Source of the DNA: Candidatus Cryptobacteroides sp.
GTDB taxonomy: Bacteria > Bacteroidota > Bacteroidia > Bacteroidales > UBA932
Assembly (NCBI GenBank): GCA_045130395.1
Contig: JBGUPS010000014.1
Coordinates: 22,228-86,227 of the forward strand
DNA length: 64,000 nucleotides
Direction of reading: 5' to 3'
Shown here: positions 36,863 through 45,427 of the stretch, piece after piece
Layout of the letters: each line of letters begins with the position of its first letter
Numbering within the stretch: position 1 is the stretch's first letter
The notes under the pieces: generated by a model
The model's input: only the letters and a program-made list of their open reading frames with translations
Told to the model about the DNA's origin: nothing
The model's database searches: none
Position numbers and translations under genes: made by a program

Positions 36863-38211
36863 GCCCGGGACACGGTTTCCTTCAGGATTTCAGAAACAGT
36901 GGGATGCGGGAAAATCACCCGCTCCAGTTGCTCTACGCTCATGTGCTGCTCAATGGCCAGGGCTGCGCCATGAATCAGTTCCGATGCCGGATTGCCCAGC
37001 ATATGCGCGCCAATGACGCGGTTATCGGCGTCCATCACCACTTTGCACACGCCCTCTCCCCGCTCGTTTTCCGCCACGAAGCGGCCGGAGAAGGCCATGG
37101 GGAGCGACAGCACGCGGGCACCTTCCAAGGCACCTACGCCGGCCACTTCCGGATTGGTATACACCACGCCCGGAACGGCATTGTAGTGCATCTCGTCCTG
37201 GATGCCGCGGATGGTATTCAGTGCCACTTCCCCTTCCCGGCTGGCGGTATGGGCCAGCATGGAGAAGCCGGTGACATCGCCGGCGGCATATACGCCCGGC
37301 ACGTTGGTACGCATCTGGGCATCGACCTTAATCCCGCAAGGTTTGCCGGCCGCATTGCAGGCGAGTTCTACGCCGATAGTTTCCAGGCCGATACCCTGCA
37401 GACGGGCCCTGCGACCCACGGAGACCAGGATTTTATCGCCCTGTGCGCGGCAGGTCTCCCCTTCCGGCGTTTCGAAAATCACCTCATTCCCTTCTACGCC
37501 CACCACCTTGCAACTGAGGTGGAACTTGACGCCCTTCTTCTCATATTGCGCCTGCAGCATGGCGCTGAGTTCGGCATCCATCGGCCCTAAAATCTTGGGA
37601 AGCATCTCTACTACAGTTACTTGCGTGCCGATGGAATTGAAGAAACTGGCGAACTCCATGCCGATGACGCCGCCGCCGATTACCACCAGCGAAGCGGGTT
37701 GCTCGGTGAGGGAAAGGATTTCCCGGTTGGTGAAGACAGTGGTTCCCAGTCCTTCGCGGAGGCCCGGGATGGGAGGCACTACGGCCTCGGAGCCCGTGCA
37801 AACCAGGATATTGCGGGCTTGGTACTCTGTCTCGTTGCAACTAAGCGTAAAGCCATCGACACATTTACCAGTGATAACCCCTTCTCCGTTCACAACCTCC
37901 ACGCCGGCATTGCGCATCTGGACCTTGATGCCGCCCACCAGTTTTTTCACCACTTTGGTCTTGCGCTTGAAAATGGCGCCAAAGTCGATGGCGGATTCCG
38001 GCACATTCACCCCGTAACGGTCCGCGTGACGGGCCGTATCCAGCACCTTGGCGCTGTACAGCAGGGTTTTGGTGGGGATGCAGCCTTCGTTCAGGCAAAC
38101 GCCGCCCAATTCGTTCTTCTCGATCAAAAGCACTGACAGACCGGCTTCGCCGGCTTTTCCGGCAGCCACGTATCCGGCGGGACCGCCGCCCAAAATTGCA
38201 ATATCGTACAT
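36859..38211 (-). CDS. lpdA: dihydrolipoyl dehydrogenase
   Basis: GGGPAGY, GGVCLNEGCIPTK (redox CxxxxC), GGGVIG.E, HPTVSE. Confidence 0.95.
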   Translation of the reverse strand: MYDIAILGGGPAGYVAAGKAGEAGLSVLLIEKNELGGVCLNEGCIPTKTLLYSAKVLDTARHADRYGVNVPESAIDFGAIFKRKTKVVKKLVGGIKVQMRNAGVEVVNGEGVITGKCVDGFTLSCNETEYQARNILVCTGSEAVVPPIPGLREGLGTTVFTNREILSLTEQPASLVVIGGGVIGMEFASFFNSIGTQVTVVEMLPKILGPMDAELSAMLQAQYEKKGVKFHLSCKVVGVEGNEVIFETPEGETCRAQGDKILVSVGRRARLQGIGLETIGVELACNAAGKPCGIKVDAQMRTNVPGVYAAGDVTGFSMLAHTASREGEVALNTIRGIQDEMHYNAVPGVVYTNPEVAGVGALEGARVLSLPMAFSGRFVAENERGEGVCKVVMDADNRVIGAHMLGNPASELIHGAALAIEQHMSVEQLERVIFPHPTVSEILKETVSRA

Positions 38212-38271
38212 AGTTTAGATTTGATATACAAACTTAACGAAAATTCGGGAAATAATCCCTATTTTTGTGCG

Positions 38272-39828
38272 ATGATAGAAAGTCAAGAAATATTTCAGGA
38301 CCTGAAAAAGGCGTTGCTGGCCAAATTGAAGGAGGCGCTCATCTCCGTCATTCCCGTCATCGTCCTGGTCTTCGCCCTCTCCATTACCCCTTGGGTCGAT
38401 ATTACGGCCAAGGAGTTGTGGATTTTCCTGGTGTCCGCTTTCTTCCTCATTTTCGGCATCGGCCTGTTCAATGTGGGGGCCGATATGGCCATGACCCCCA
38501 TGGGGCAATACATCGGTGAAGGTCTTACCAAATCCAAAAAACTGGGCATCCTGCTGGGCGTCAGTTTTGTGATGGGCCTGCTGATTACCATCGCGGAACC
38601 GGACCTGGCGGTTCTTGCAGGCCAGGTTTCGGCGGTTATGAACGGTACCACCCTCATCTGGACGGTGGGTGTCGGCGTGGGGCTCATGCTGCTTCTCGGT
38701 GTCATCAAAATCGTCTTTCATAATCAGCTGACCAGCATCCTCCTGTTCGGATACATGCTGCTGTTCTGCTTTGCGGCGCTCCTCATCGAACGGGGCAACG
38801 GCGCCCTGCTGGGCCTTTCGTTCGACTCCGGCGGCGTCACCACCGGCCCTATCACCGTACCGTTCATCATGGCCTTGGGCGTGGGTATCGCCCTTACCGT
38901 GGGTGGCCACAACGCCAGTGAAAACAGCTTCGGCCTCATCGCCCTTTGCTCGCTGGGTCCCATCATCGCCGTGCTGGCCCTGTCCCTGCTGTCGAAGGGC
39001 AACCTGCAATTCACGGTGCCGGATTATTCGATGGAAAAAGTGCTGGAAGACGGCCTCAAGGAGCACCTGCTGCTCACCATGTGGGATGTAGGCAAGTCGC
39101 TGGTCCTCATTGTGGGTTCCTTCTTTATCCTGCAATTCACCGTCCTGAATCTGCCCATTACCAAAATCGGCCAGATTCTCTTTGGCATCATCTATACTTT
39201 CGTGGGGCTGGTGCTGTTCCTGGCGGCCGTGGAGATGTCCTTCATGCCCATCGGCTTCAAGATTGGCCTGCAGCTGTCGCAGCATCATGCGGGGCTGCTT
39301 ATCGGCTTTGCCTTTATTATCGGCCTGGTGGTGGTGATGGCGGAGCCGGCCGTGCACGTGCTCAATTCGCAGGTGAACGACATTACCGGCGGCGAGGTAA
39401 CCAAGTTGCAGATGATGATCGCCCTTTCCGTGGGCGTAGGCATTTCCATCGGCCTGTCTACCCTTCGCGTCTATTACGGTTTTTCCGTGTTGTATTACCT
39501 GGTGCCCGGTTATCTCCTGTCGCTGGGGCTCTCCTTCTTCGTCCCCAAGCTCTATACCGCCATTGCGTTTGACTCCGGCGGTGTAGCCAGCGGTCCCCTC
39601 ACCTCCAGTTTCATCCTGCCCATGGTGGTAGGAGCCTGCGTTACCATGCAGGGGACCGGAAACGTGCTGGATTTCGCTTTTGGTGTGGTGGCGATGGTGG
39701 CCATGACGCCGCTTATCACCATCCAGACCCTGGGCTTCCGCGCGGTTGTAGCGGCCAATCAACGCAAGAAAGTGGCCATGCGCCGCATCAAGGCCGCCGC
39801 AGACGACCAAATCATCTATTTCGAGTAG
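38272..39828 (+). CDS. tandem DUF1538 membrane protein
   Basis: Two repeats each containing AEP.. and DSGGV..GP.T motifs. Confidence 0.88.
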   Translation: MIESQEIFQDLKKALLAKLKEALISVIPVIVLVFALSITPWVDITAKELWIFLVSAFFLIFGIGLFNVGADMAMTPMGQYIGEGLTKSKKLGILLGVSFVMGLLITIAEPDLAVLAGQVSAVMNGTTLIWTVGVGVGLMLLLGVIKIVFHNQLTSILLFGYMLLFCFAALLIERGNGALLGLSFDSGGVTTGPITVPFIMALGVGIALTVGGHNASENSFGLIALCSLGPIIAVLALSLLSKGNLQFTVPDYSMEKVLEDGLKEHLLLTMWDVGKSLVLIVGSFFILQFTVLNLPITKIGQILFGIIYTFVGLVLFLAAVEMSFMPIGFKIGLQLSQHHAGLLIGFAFIIGLVVVMAEPAVHVLNSQVNDITGGEVTKLQMMIALSVGVGISIGLSTLRVYYGFSVLYYLVPGYLLSLGLSFFVPKLYTAIAFDSGGVASGPLTSSFILPMVVGACVTMQGTGNVLDFAFGVVAMVAMTPLITIQTLGFRAVVAANQRKKVAMRRIKAAADDQIIYFE

Positions 39829-39834
39829 CGCGCT

Positions 39835-40209
39835 ATGGATAAAAAACAGAGAAATATCGCTCCCGTTAAACTGGAACTGCTTCTGGCCGTTGTCCATAAC
39901 AGCAAGCTGGCCTATTATTCCAGTATTATCCAGTCGCACCAGGCCAATATGCAGTTTACCGTAGCGGCCAAGGGAACCACCCACCTTATCCTGAACTACC
40001 TGGGCCTCTCGGCCGACCGTCCCAAGACGCTCCTCTCCGCAGTGGTGCGCTCAGACCAGGCCGGGGACCTCATCGAGCAGCTCAAGGGAACCTTCAATAA
40101 AGGCGGAGACTACAAAGGCGTGGCCTTTACCGTCCGGCTCACCAGTACCATCGGCGCACTGGCCTACGGCTTCCTGGCCAACGAAAAAAGTATAAAAGAA
40201 GAACAATAG
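39835..40209 (+). CDS. degenerate P-II-like protein
   Basis: P-II-like beta-alpha pattern with A.GT, K..L..VV and G.AFTV; located between DUF1538 and a canonical P-II gene. Confidence 0.55.
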   Translation: MDKKQRNIAPVKLELLLAVVHNSKLAYYSSIIQSHQANMQFTVAAKGTTHLILNYLGLSADRPKTLLSAVVRSDQAGDLIEQLKGTFNKGGDYKGVAFTVRLTSTIGALAYGFLANEKSIKEEQ

Positions 40210-40211
40210 AT

Positions 40212-40514
40212 ATGGCTAAGAATCAACTCATTGTCTGCATTGTGAACGCAGGCTATTCCCAGAACGTCATGGAAGCGGCCCGCGCTGCCGGGGCCCGCGG
40301 CGGTTCCATCATCCGCGGCCGTGGCTCGGCCAACCCGGAGGCGGAAGAGTTCTTCAACATTACCGTCCAGCCGGACAAGGAAGTGGTCCTTATCCTGGTT
40401 CCTGACGAGATTAAAGACGCAGTAATGACCGCCGTCTATAAGAACAGCGGTCTTTCTACGGATGGTCAGGGTATTGCCTTCTCCCTCCCGGTGGAGCGCA
40501 CTACTTTAGATTAA
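40212..40514 (+). CDS. P-II family regulator
   Basis: IVN.G....VMEAAR.AGARGGSII.GRG, PDKE, GIAFSLPVE. Confidence 0.85.
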   Translation: MAKNQLIVCIVNAGYSQNVMEAARAAGARGGSIIRGRGSANPEAEEFFNITVQPDKEVVLILVPDEIKDAVMTAVYKNSGLSTDGQGIAFSLPVERTTLD

Positions 40515-40544
40515 GTGCGCTCGCCACCAGCGGGAAAATAAGCC

Positions 40545-41876
40545 TTAGATAAATATATACTTGCAAATAAACAGCGCCGCAAGGATCCACATGGTGATGG
40601 AGATATCCTTGAAACGGCCGGCCACAGCGTGGCAGAGCACGTAGGAAATCACACCCAGGAGGATACCGTCGGAGATGCTGTAGGCCAGGGGCATCATGAT
40701 CAGGGTGATGAAAGCCGGAATGGCCTTGCAATAGTCGTCCCAGTGGATACGGGTGACGGAGTGCATCATCATCACGCCCACAATAATCAGGGCCGGAGCC
40801 GTAGCAGCACCCGGGATAGCCAGGAACAGCGGGCTGAAGAACAGAGCCAGGACAAAGCAAACGGCCGTTGAGAAAGCCGTAAGGCCGGTACGTCCGCCCT
40901 CACCTACGCCGGAAGCGCTCTCCACGTAAGTGGTGGTGGTGGAAGTACCCAGGCAGGCGCCGAATACAGTGCCGATGGAATCGGCCAGGAACATCTGCTC
41001 CATGCCGGGAATGTCGTCCCTGCGGTTGCCTTCGGGAACCAGACCGGCACCCTGGTGCACACCGATGATGGTGCCCATGGTGTCGAACATGTCAATGAAC
41101 AGGAAGGTGAAAACCACCACCAGCATATCCAGGGTGAGGACATTGTGCCACTCGAACTGGAAGGCGATGGGCTTCACGCTGTCCGGGAGGGCAACGACGC
41201 CGTTCAGTTTGGTAATGGCCTCCCCCGTTGCCGGATCCTTGATCACCAGGCCCAGCAGCGTGGTAGCCAGGATGCCCCACAGCATGCCGCCGCGCACCTT
41301 GGCCATCACCAGACCGGCGGTGATGAACAGGCCGATCATGCCCAGCAGGGCCGTACCTTCGGTGATATGTCCCAGCGACACCAGCGTAGCGTCGTTATTG
41401 ACGATGATACCGGCATTCTGCAGGCCGATGAAAGCGATGAACAGGCCGATACCTGCGCCGATGGCTTTCTTCAAGGTGCCCGGAATGGCGTTGAGCAGCC
41501 AGGTGCGCACCTTAGTAAGCGTCAGGACGATGAAGAGCAGACCTTCGATGAGCACAGCCGTAAGGGCGAACTGCCAGGAGTAACCCATGCCCAGGCAAAC
41601 GGTGTACACGAAGAAGGCGTTCAGGCCCATACCCGGAGCCAGGGCGAAGGGTTTCTTGGCATACAGGCCCATGACAAGCGTGCCGATAATGGCCGCCGCA
41701 GCCGTAGCGGTAAATACCGCACCACCGGGCATACCGTCCAGAGCGCTGAAGATAGCAGGGTTCACGGCCAGGATATAGGCCATGGTGAGGAAGGTGGTGA
41801 TACCGGCCAGAATTTCGGTACGCACGTTGTGCTTCGACGAATCGAAGCCGAAAAGTTTTTCAAACGTAGGTTTCAT
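40545..41876 (-). CDS. NCS2/AzgA-family purine permease
   Basis: EILAGITTFLTMAYIL.VNP, APGMGLNAFF, DMFDT.GT, ESASGV.EGGRTGLT. Confidence 0.92.
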   Translation of the reverse strand: MKPTFEKLFGFDSSKHNVRTEILAGITTFLTMAYILAVNPAIFSALDGMPGGAVFTATAAAAIIGTLVMGLYAKKPFALAPGMGLNAFFVYTVCLGMGYSWQFALTAVLIEGLLFIVLTLTKVRTWLLNAIPGTLKKAIGAGIGLFIAFIGLQNAGIIVNNDATLVSLGHITEGTALLGMIGLFITAGLVMAKVRGGMLWGILATTLLGLVIKDPATGEAITKLNGVVALPDSVKPIAFQFEWHNVLTLDMLVVVFTFLFIDMFDTMGTIIGVHQGAGLVPEGNRRDDIPGMEQMFLADSIGTVFGACLGTSTTTTYVESASGVGEGGRTGLTAFSTAVCFVLALFFSPLFLAIPGAATAPALIIVGVMMMHSVTRIHWDDYCKAIPAFITLIMMPLAYSISDGILLGVISYVLCHAVAGRFKDISITMWILAALFICKYIFI

Positions 41877-41893
41877 GGTTCAGGCCTCCTATC

Positions 41894-42655
41894 TTAGAAT
41901 GCCCACTTGACACCCAGGCAGGGACGGGCCCAGAAGCCCTTGGCGGAACCGAAGTCGAAGGAGAGTTCCAGCTCACCGCCGATATTCAGCTGGGGAACAC
42001 CGAACCACTGGCCCACGGCATACCAGAGCTGCGGCTCGGAGATGAACACCACGTGGGAAAGTTCGGGAGTGGCCAGGGCGTTACCCTTGGCGTCCGTGTA
42101 CAGCATGTGATCCTGCCACCAGAAATCGGCAAAACCGCTGAAAGTCAGGCCCTTGGCGCCAAAGAGGTCACGCAGGCCCCACACCACGGTGAACTGCATG
42201 GGAACATTGCTCTTGAAAGCGGGATTGTCACGATAGTCAATCCACTTGTAGAGCACCTTCAGGTTAAGCGTATTCCTGTAGTCCTTGCTGTGGAAGAAGT
42301 AATCCAGACCGGCCAGCACGGCGTTGTTGATGGCATACTTGCTGTAAATACCACCGTTGTACTCCACGTGGGCGCTCAGGCCACCCATTACGGTGTTCTG
42401 CCAGAAATTCAGGCAACGGGCAATCTCCATGTAGGTTCCGTTCGGGGAGAAGAGTCTTCCGTCGATGCGGTTGTTGAAGTCGTGATCGACAAAGAAGAAG
42501 GTGTTGCCCCAATTGTCATTGTAGAAACCTTCTACAGTAGTGGTTACGTGCTTACGGTCTTTACCGAAGTCGTAGAACACCTGGATGTTGGTCTGGGCCT
42601 TCGCCACAGTGAGGGCCGCAAAAGCGATGCCCAAGGTAAGAATAGCTTTTTTCAT
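41894..42655 (-). CDS. DUF5020 / Tsx-like nucleoside-specific outer-membrane channel
   Basis: Signal peptide; QVFYDFG, D.WG.TFFFVD, SGFADFW, ISEPQLWY, C-terminal KWAF; lies between two nucleobase permeases. Confidence 0.8.
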   Translation of the reverse strand: MKKAILTLGIAFAALTVAKAQTNIQVFYDFGKDRKHVTTTVEGFYNDNWGNTFFFVDHDFNNRIDGRLFSPNGTYMEIARCLNFWQNTVMGGLSAHVEYNGGIYSKYAINNAVLAGLDYFFHSKDYRNTLNLKVLYKWIDYRDNPAFKSNVPMQFTVVWGLRDLFGAKGLTFSGFADFWWQDHMLYTDAKGNALATPELSHVVFISEPQLWYAVGQWFGVPQLNIGGELELSFDFGSAKGFWARPCLGVKWAF

Positions 42656-42688
42656 AAAACGTAGTTTATGTTAATAATATATTGATGA

Positions 42689-44041
42689 TTATTTTCTCAA
42701 AGAAGGGTTAATCTCGAAGTTGACGGCTTTGTCGGCGTTGGGGTTGGCGCCGAATTCATAATCCTTGCCCGGAAGGACAGCGTTCAGGATAACGCCCACC
42801 AGGGCAGCTACGGCCAGGCCGCTCAGCGAGGTGAAGCCCAGGCTGATGGCGTCGTTGGCGCCGTATTTGATACCGATGGCCAGCACCAGGATGAGGGCCA
42901 TGACAATGACGTTGCGGCTCTTGGTGAAATCGACCTGATTTTCAACCACGTTACGTATACCCACGGCGGAAATCATACCATAGAGCACCAGCGACACGCC
43001 ACCGATGGTGGAAGCGGGCATGCAGGCGATCAGGGCGCTGAATTTGGGGCAGAAGCTCAGGATGATGGCGAAGACGGCGGCGATGCGGATGACGCGCGGG
43101 TCGTATACCTTGGTGAGGTTGAGCACACCGGTGTTTTCACCGTAAGTGGTGTTGGCCGGAGCACCGAACAGGGAGGCCAACATGGTGGCGAGGCCATCGC
43201 CCATCAGCGTGCGGTGCAGGCCGGGATTCTCCAGGTAGTTCTCGCCCACTGTCGAGGAAATTGCGCACATATCGCCGATATGCTCCATCATGGTAGCCAG
43301 GGAAATGGGGACGATGGCAATGATGGCACTGACGACGAGGCCCCAGTTGGGATTGGTGAACACGTGGAAAGCGGTATCCTCCCAGCGGAACGGAACGCCT
43401 ACCCAGGCAGCTTCCTTGAGGGCGCTGAAGTCGCACAGGCCGAAGCAGGCCGCCACGATGTAGGAGCCCAGCACACCCAGCAGGATGGGGATGATCTTGA
43501 CCATCCGCTTACCCCAGATGTTGCATACGATAATAATAATAATGGCCAGCAAGGCGATCCACCAATTGCTGTTGCAGTTCTGGATGGCGCTGCCGCTCAG
43601 CGTAAGACCGATCGCGATGATGATGGGTCCCGTGACGATGGGCGGGAAGAAGCGCATTACCTTCTTGGCGCCGAATGCGGCGATGAACCCGGCCAGCACG
43701 AAATAAAGAATGCCTGCCGAGAAAACTCCGATGCAGGCATAAGGTAAAGATTCCGAGGCAGTGAGTCCTTGTTGAGCTCCCAGGGCGACAACGGCTGCGT
43801 AGCCACCGAGGAAAGCGAAGGACGACCCCAGGAAGGCCGGTACCCGCATTTTGGTGAGGAAATGAAAAATGAGCGTTCCCAAACCTGCGAAAAGGAGAGT
43901 GGCGCTCATCGAAAGACCGGTAATAACCGGAACCAGAACTGTGGCTCCGAACATGGCGAACATGTGCTGGAGACCGAGGGTAAGCATCTTGCCCTTTCCC
44001 AGAGAACGGGCGTCAAAGATACCTTGCTGTGTTTTTGTCAT
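42689..44041 (-). CDS. uracil/xanthine permease (UraA-like)
   Basis: LGLQH.FAMFGATVLVP, FLGSSFAF, EHIGD, NTTYGENTGV. Confidence 0.92.
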   Translation of the reverse strand: MTKTQQGIFDARSLGKGKMLTLGLQHMFAMFGATVLVPVITGLSMSATLLFAGLGTLIFHFLTKMRVPAFLGSSFAFLGGYAAVVALGAQQGLTASESLPYACIGVFSAGILYFVLAGFIAAFGAKKVMRFFPPIVTGPIIIAIGLTLSGSAIQNCNSNWWIALLAIIIIIVCNIWGKRMVKIIPILLGVLGSYIVAACFGLCDFSALKEAAWVGVPFRWEDTAFHVFTNPNWGLVVSAIIAIVPISLATMMEHIGDMCAISSTVGENYLENPGLHRTLMGDGLATMLASLFGAPANTTYGENTGVLNLTKVYDPRVIRIAAVFAIILSFCPKFSALIACMPASTIGGVSLVLYGMISAVGIRNVVENQVDFTKSRNVIVMALILVLAIGIKYGANDAISLGFTSLSGLAVAALVGVILNAVLPGKDYEFGANPNADKAVNFEINPSLRK

Positions 44042-44293
44042 AAATATAAAGGTTTGTTAAGTGTAGTTCTAACCCTTAGGGTCTATTATGACCGGACAAA
44101 GGTAGATAATAAAAATTTTTATTACAACCTTTTTCGGCAAAATCGGGGAAAAAAGTTTTCAACAAAACTTATCAACAGGTATAAATTTGTTCAGATGTTC
44201 AAATGTTTGTGCTTCCGTTTTCAAGGTGTACGACCTATGATTATTTTCGTTAACTTCGTACTGTTGACACTAACACATAATCACATAAATCTT

Positions 44294-45427
44294 ATGAAAA
44301 AAGTAATCATTCTTCTTGCTTCCATGGCCATGGCTATGAGCCTGCAGGCCCAGGAACTGTCCAACTTTGCATTCTGGGGCGGCCAAAAGCCCATCGTCTC
44401 CCCTGAAATCCAGAACGACAGCGTCACCTTCCGCCTCAAGGCCGACTATGCCACTGTGGTTAAGCTCAACGGTTCCTGGATGCCCAATCCTTGGATGGAT
44501 TCCATCGAAATGAAACGTGGTGAAAACTGCGTATGGGAAGTGAAGCTTCCTCTCCCGGAGCCCGAGATTTATACCTATCATTTCATTGTGGACGGTGTTT
44601 CCGTCAACGACCCTCAGAATGTTCTGGTTCAGCGCGACGGTACCCGTTACCTCCCTATGCTCACCGTTCCCGGAAAGCGCACGGAGAATTATGGCGAGGC
44701 TAACCAGCACGGCACCATCAGCCATCCCTGGTATCACAGCGAAATCCTGGGCATGGACCGCCGTCTCACCGTTTACACTCCTTATGGCTACGAGGCTGGT
44801 AAGAAGAAATATCCTGTGCTTTACCTCCTGCATGGTGCCGGTGGTGACGAAGAAGCCTGGAGCTCCATGGGCCGCGCCGCTCAGATCCTTGACAACCTCA
44901 TCGAAAAGGGTCTTGCCGAGCCGATGATCGTGGTTATGCCCAACGGCAACCCCGGACAGGCTGCCGCCCGCACCCTGAATATCCCCGAGAAGCCGTACGA
45001 CTGGCGCGATCCCGCCAACCGCGACCTCTATGTCAAGAGCCTCTGCACGGAGATTGTTCCTTTCATCGAGAAGCACTTCCGCGCTGTTGCCAAACCCGCA
45101 TCCCGCGCTATCGCTGGTCTGTCCATGGGTGGCGGTCACACCATCTCCGCTTCCATCCTCTATCCCGAGATGTTCGACTACATTTGCCCCCTGTCCGCTG
45201 CCGGCAGCGCAACGCCCGAGCAGATTGCCGCTCTTAAGAAAGCTGGCGTAAAGCTCTACTTCCTGGCTTGCGGTAACACCGACTTCCTGTTCAAGGGTGC
45301 CGAAGAAATGCACGCCAAACTGCTGGAGCAGGGCCTGGAGCACGAATACTTCGTATCCGATGGCGGTCACGTCTGGTCCAACTGGCGTCTGTATCTGAAT
45401 ACCTTCGCCCAGAAACTCTTCAAGTAA
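44294..45427 (+). CDS. esterase, CBM48-like N-domain plus CE1 catalytic domain
   Basis: Signal peptide; VTFRL.A, Y.Y.F.VDG...DP.N; YPVLYLLHG; AGLSMGG; GGHVW.NWR.YL. Confidence 0.9.
   Translation: MKKVIILLASMAMAMSLQAQELSNFAFWGGQKPIVSPEIQNDSVTFRLKADYATVVKLNGSWMPNPWMDSIEMKRGENCVWEVKLPLPEPEIYTYHFIVDGVSVNDPQNVLVQRDGTRYLPMLTVPGKRTENYGEANQHGTISHPWYHSEILGMDRRLTVYTPYGYEAGKKKYPVLYLLHGAGGDEEAWSSMGRAAQILDNLIEKGLAEPMIVVMPNGNPGQAAARTLNIPEKPYDWRDPANRDLYVKSLCTEIVPFIEKHFRAVAKPASRAIAGLSMGGGHTISASILYPEMFDYICPLSAAGSATPEQIAALKKAGVKLYFLACGNTDFLFKGAEEMHAKLLEQGLEHEYFVSDGGHVWSNWRLYLNTFAQKLFK

Noticed and set aside
44042-44110. PyrR attenuator or riboswitch upstream of the uracil permease
   Set aside because: The leader is short, and I found no PyrR-binding loop consensus or terminator/antiterminator pair.
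44161-44215. Regulator binding site before the first PUL esterase (TGTTCA at 8-bp period; AAGTTTT/AAAACTT dyad nearby)
   Set aside because: Too short and AT-rich, not obviously repeated at other PUL promoters, and no regulator gene is in the window.
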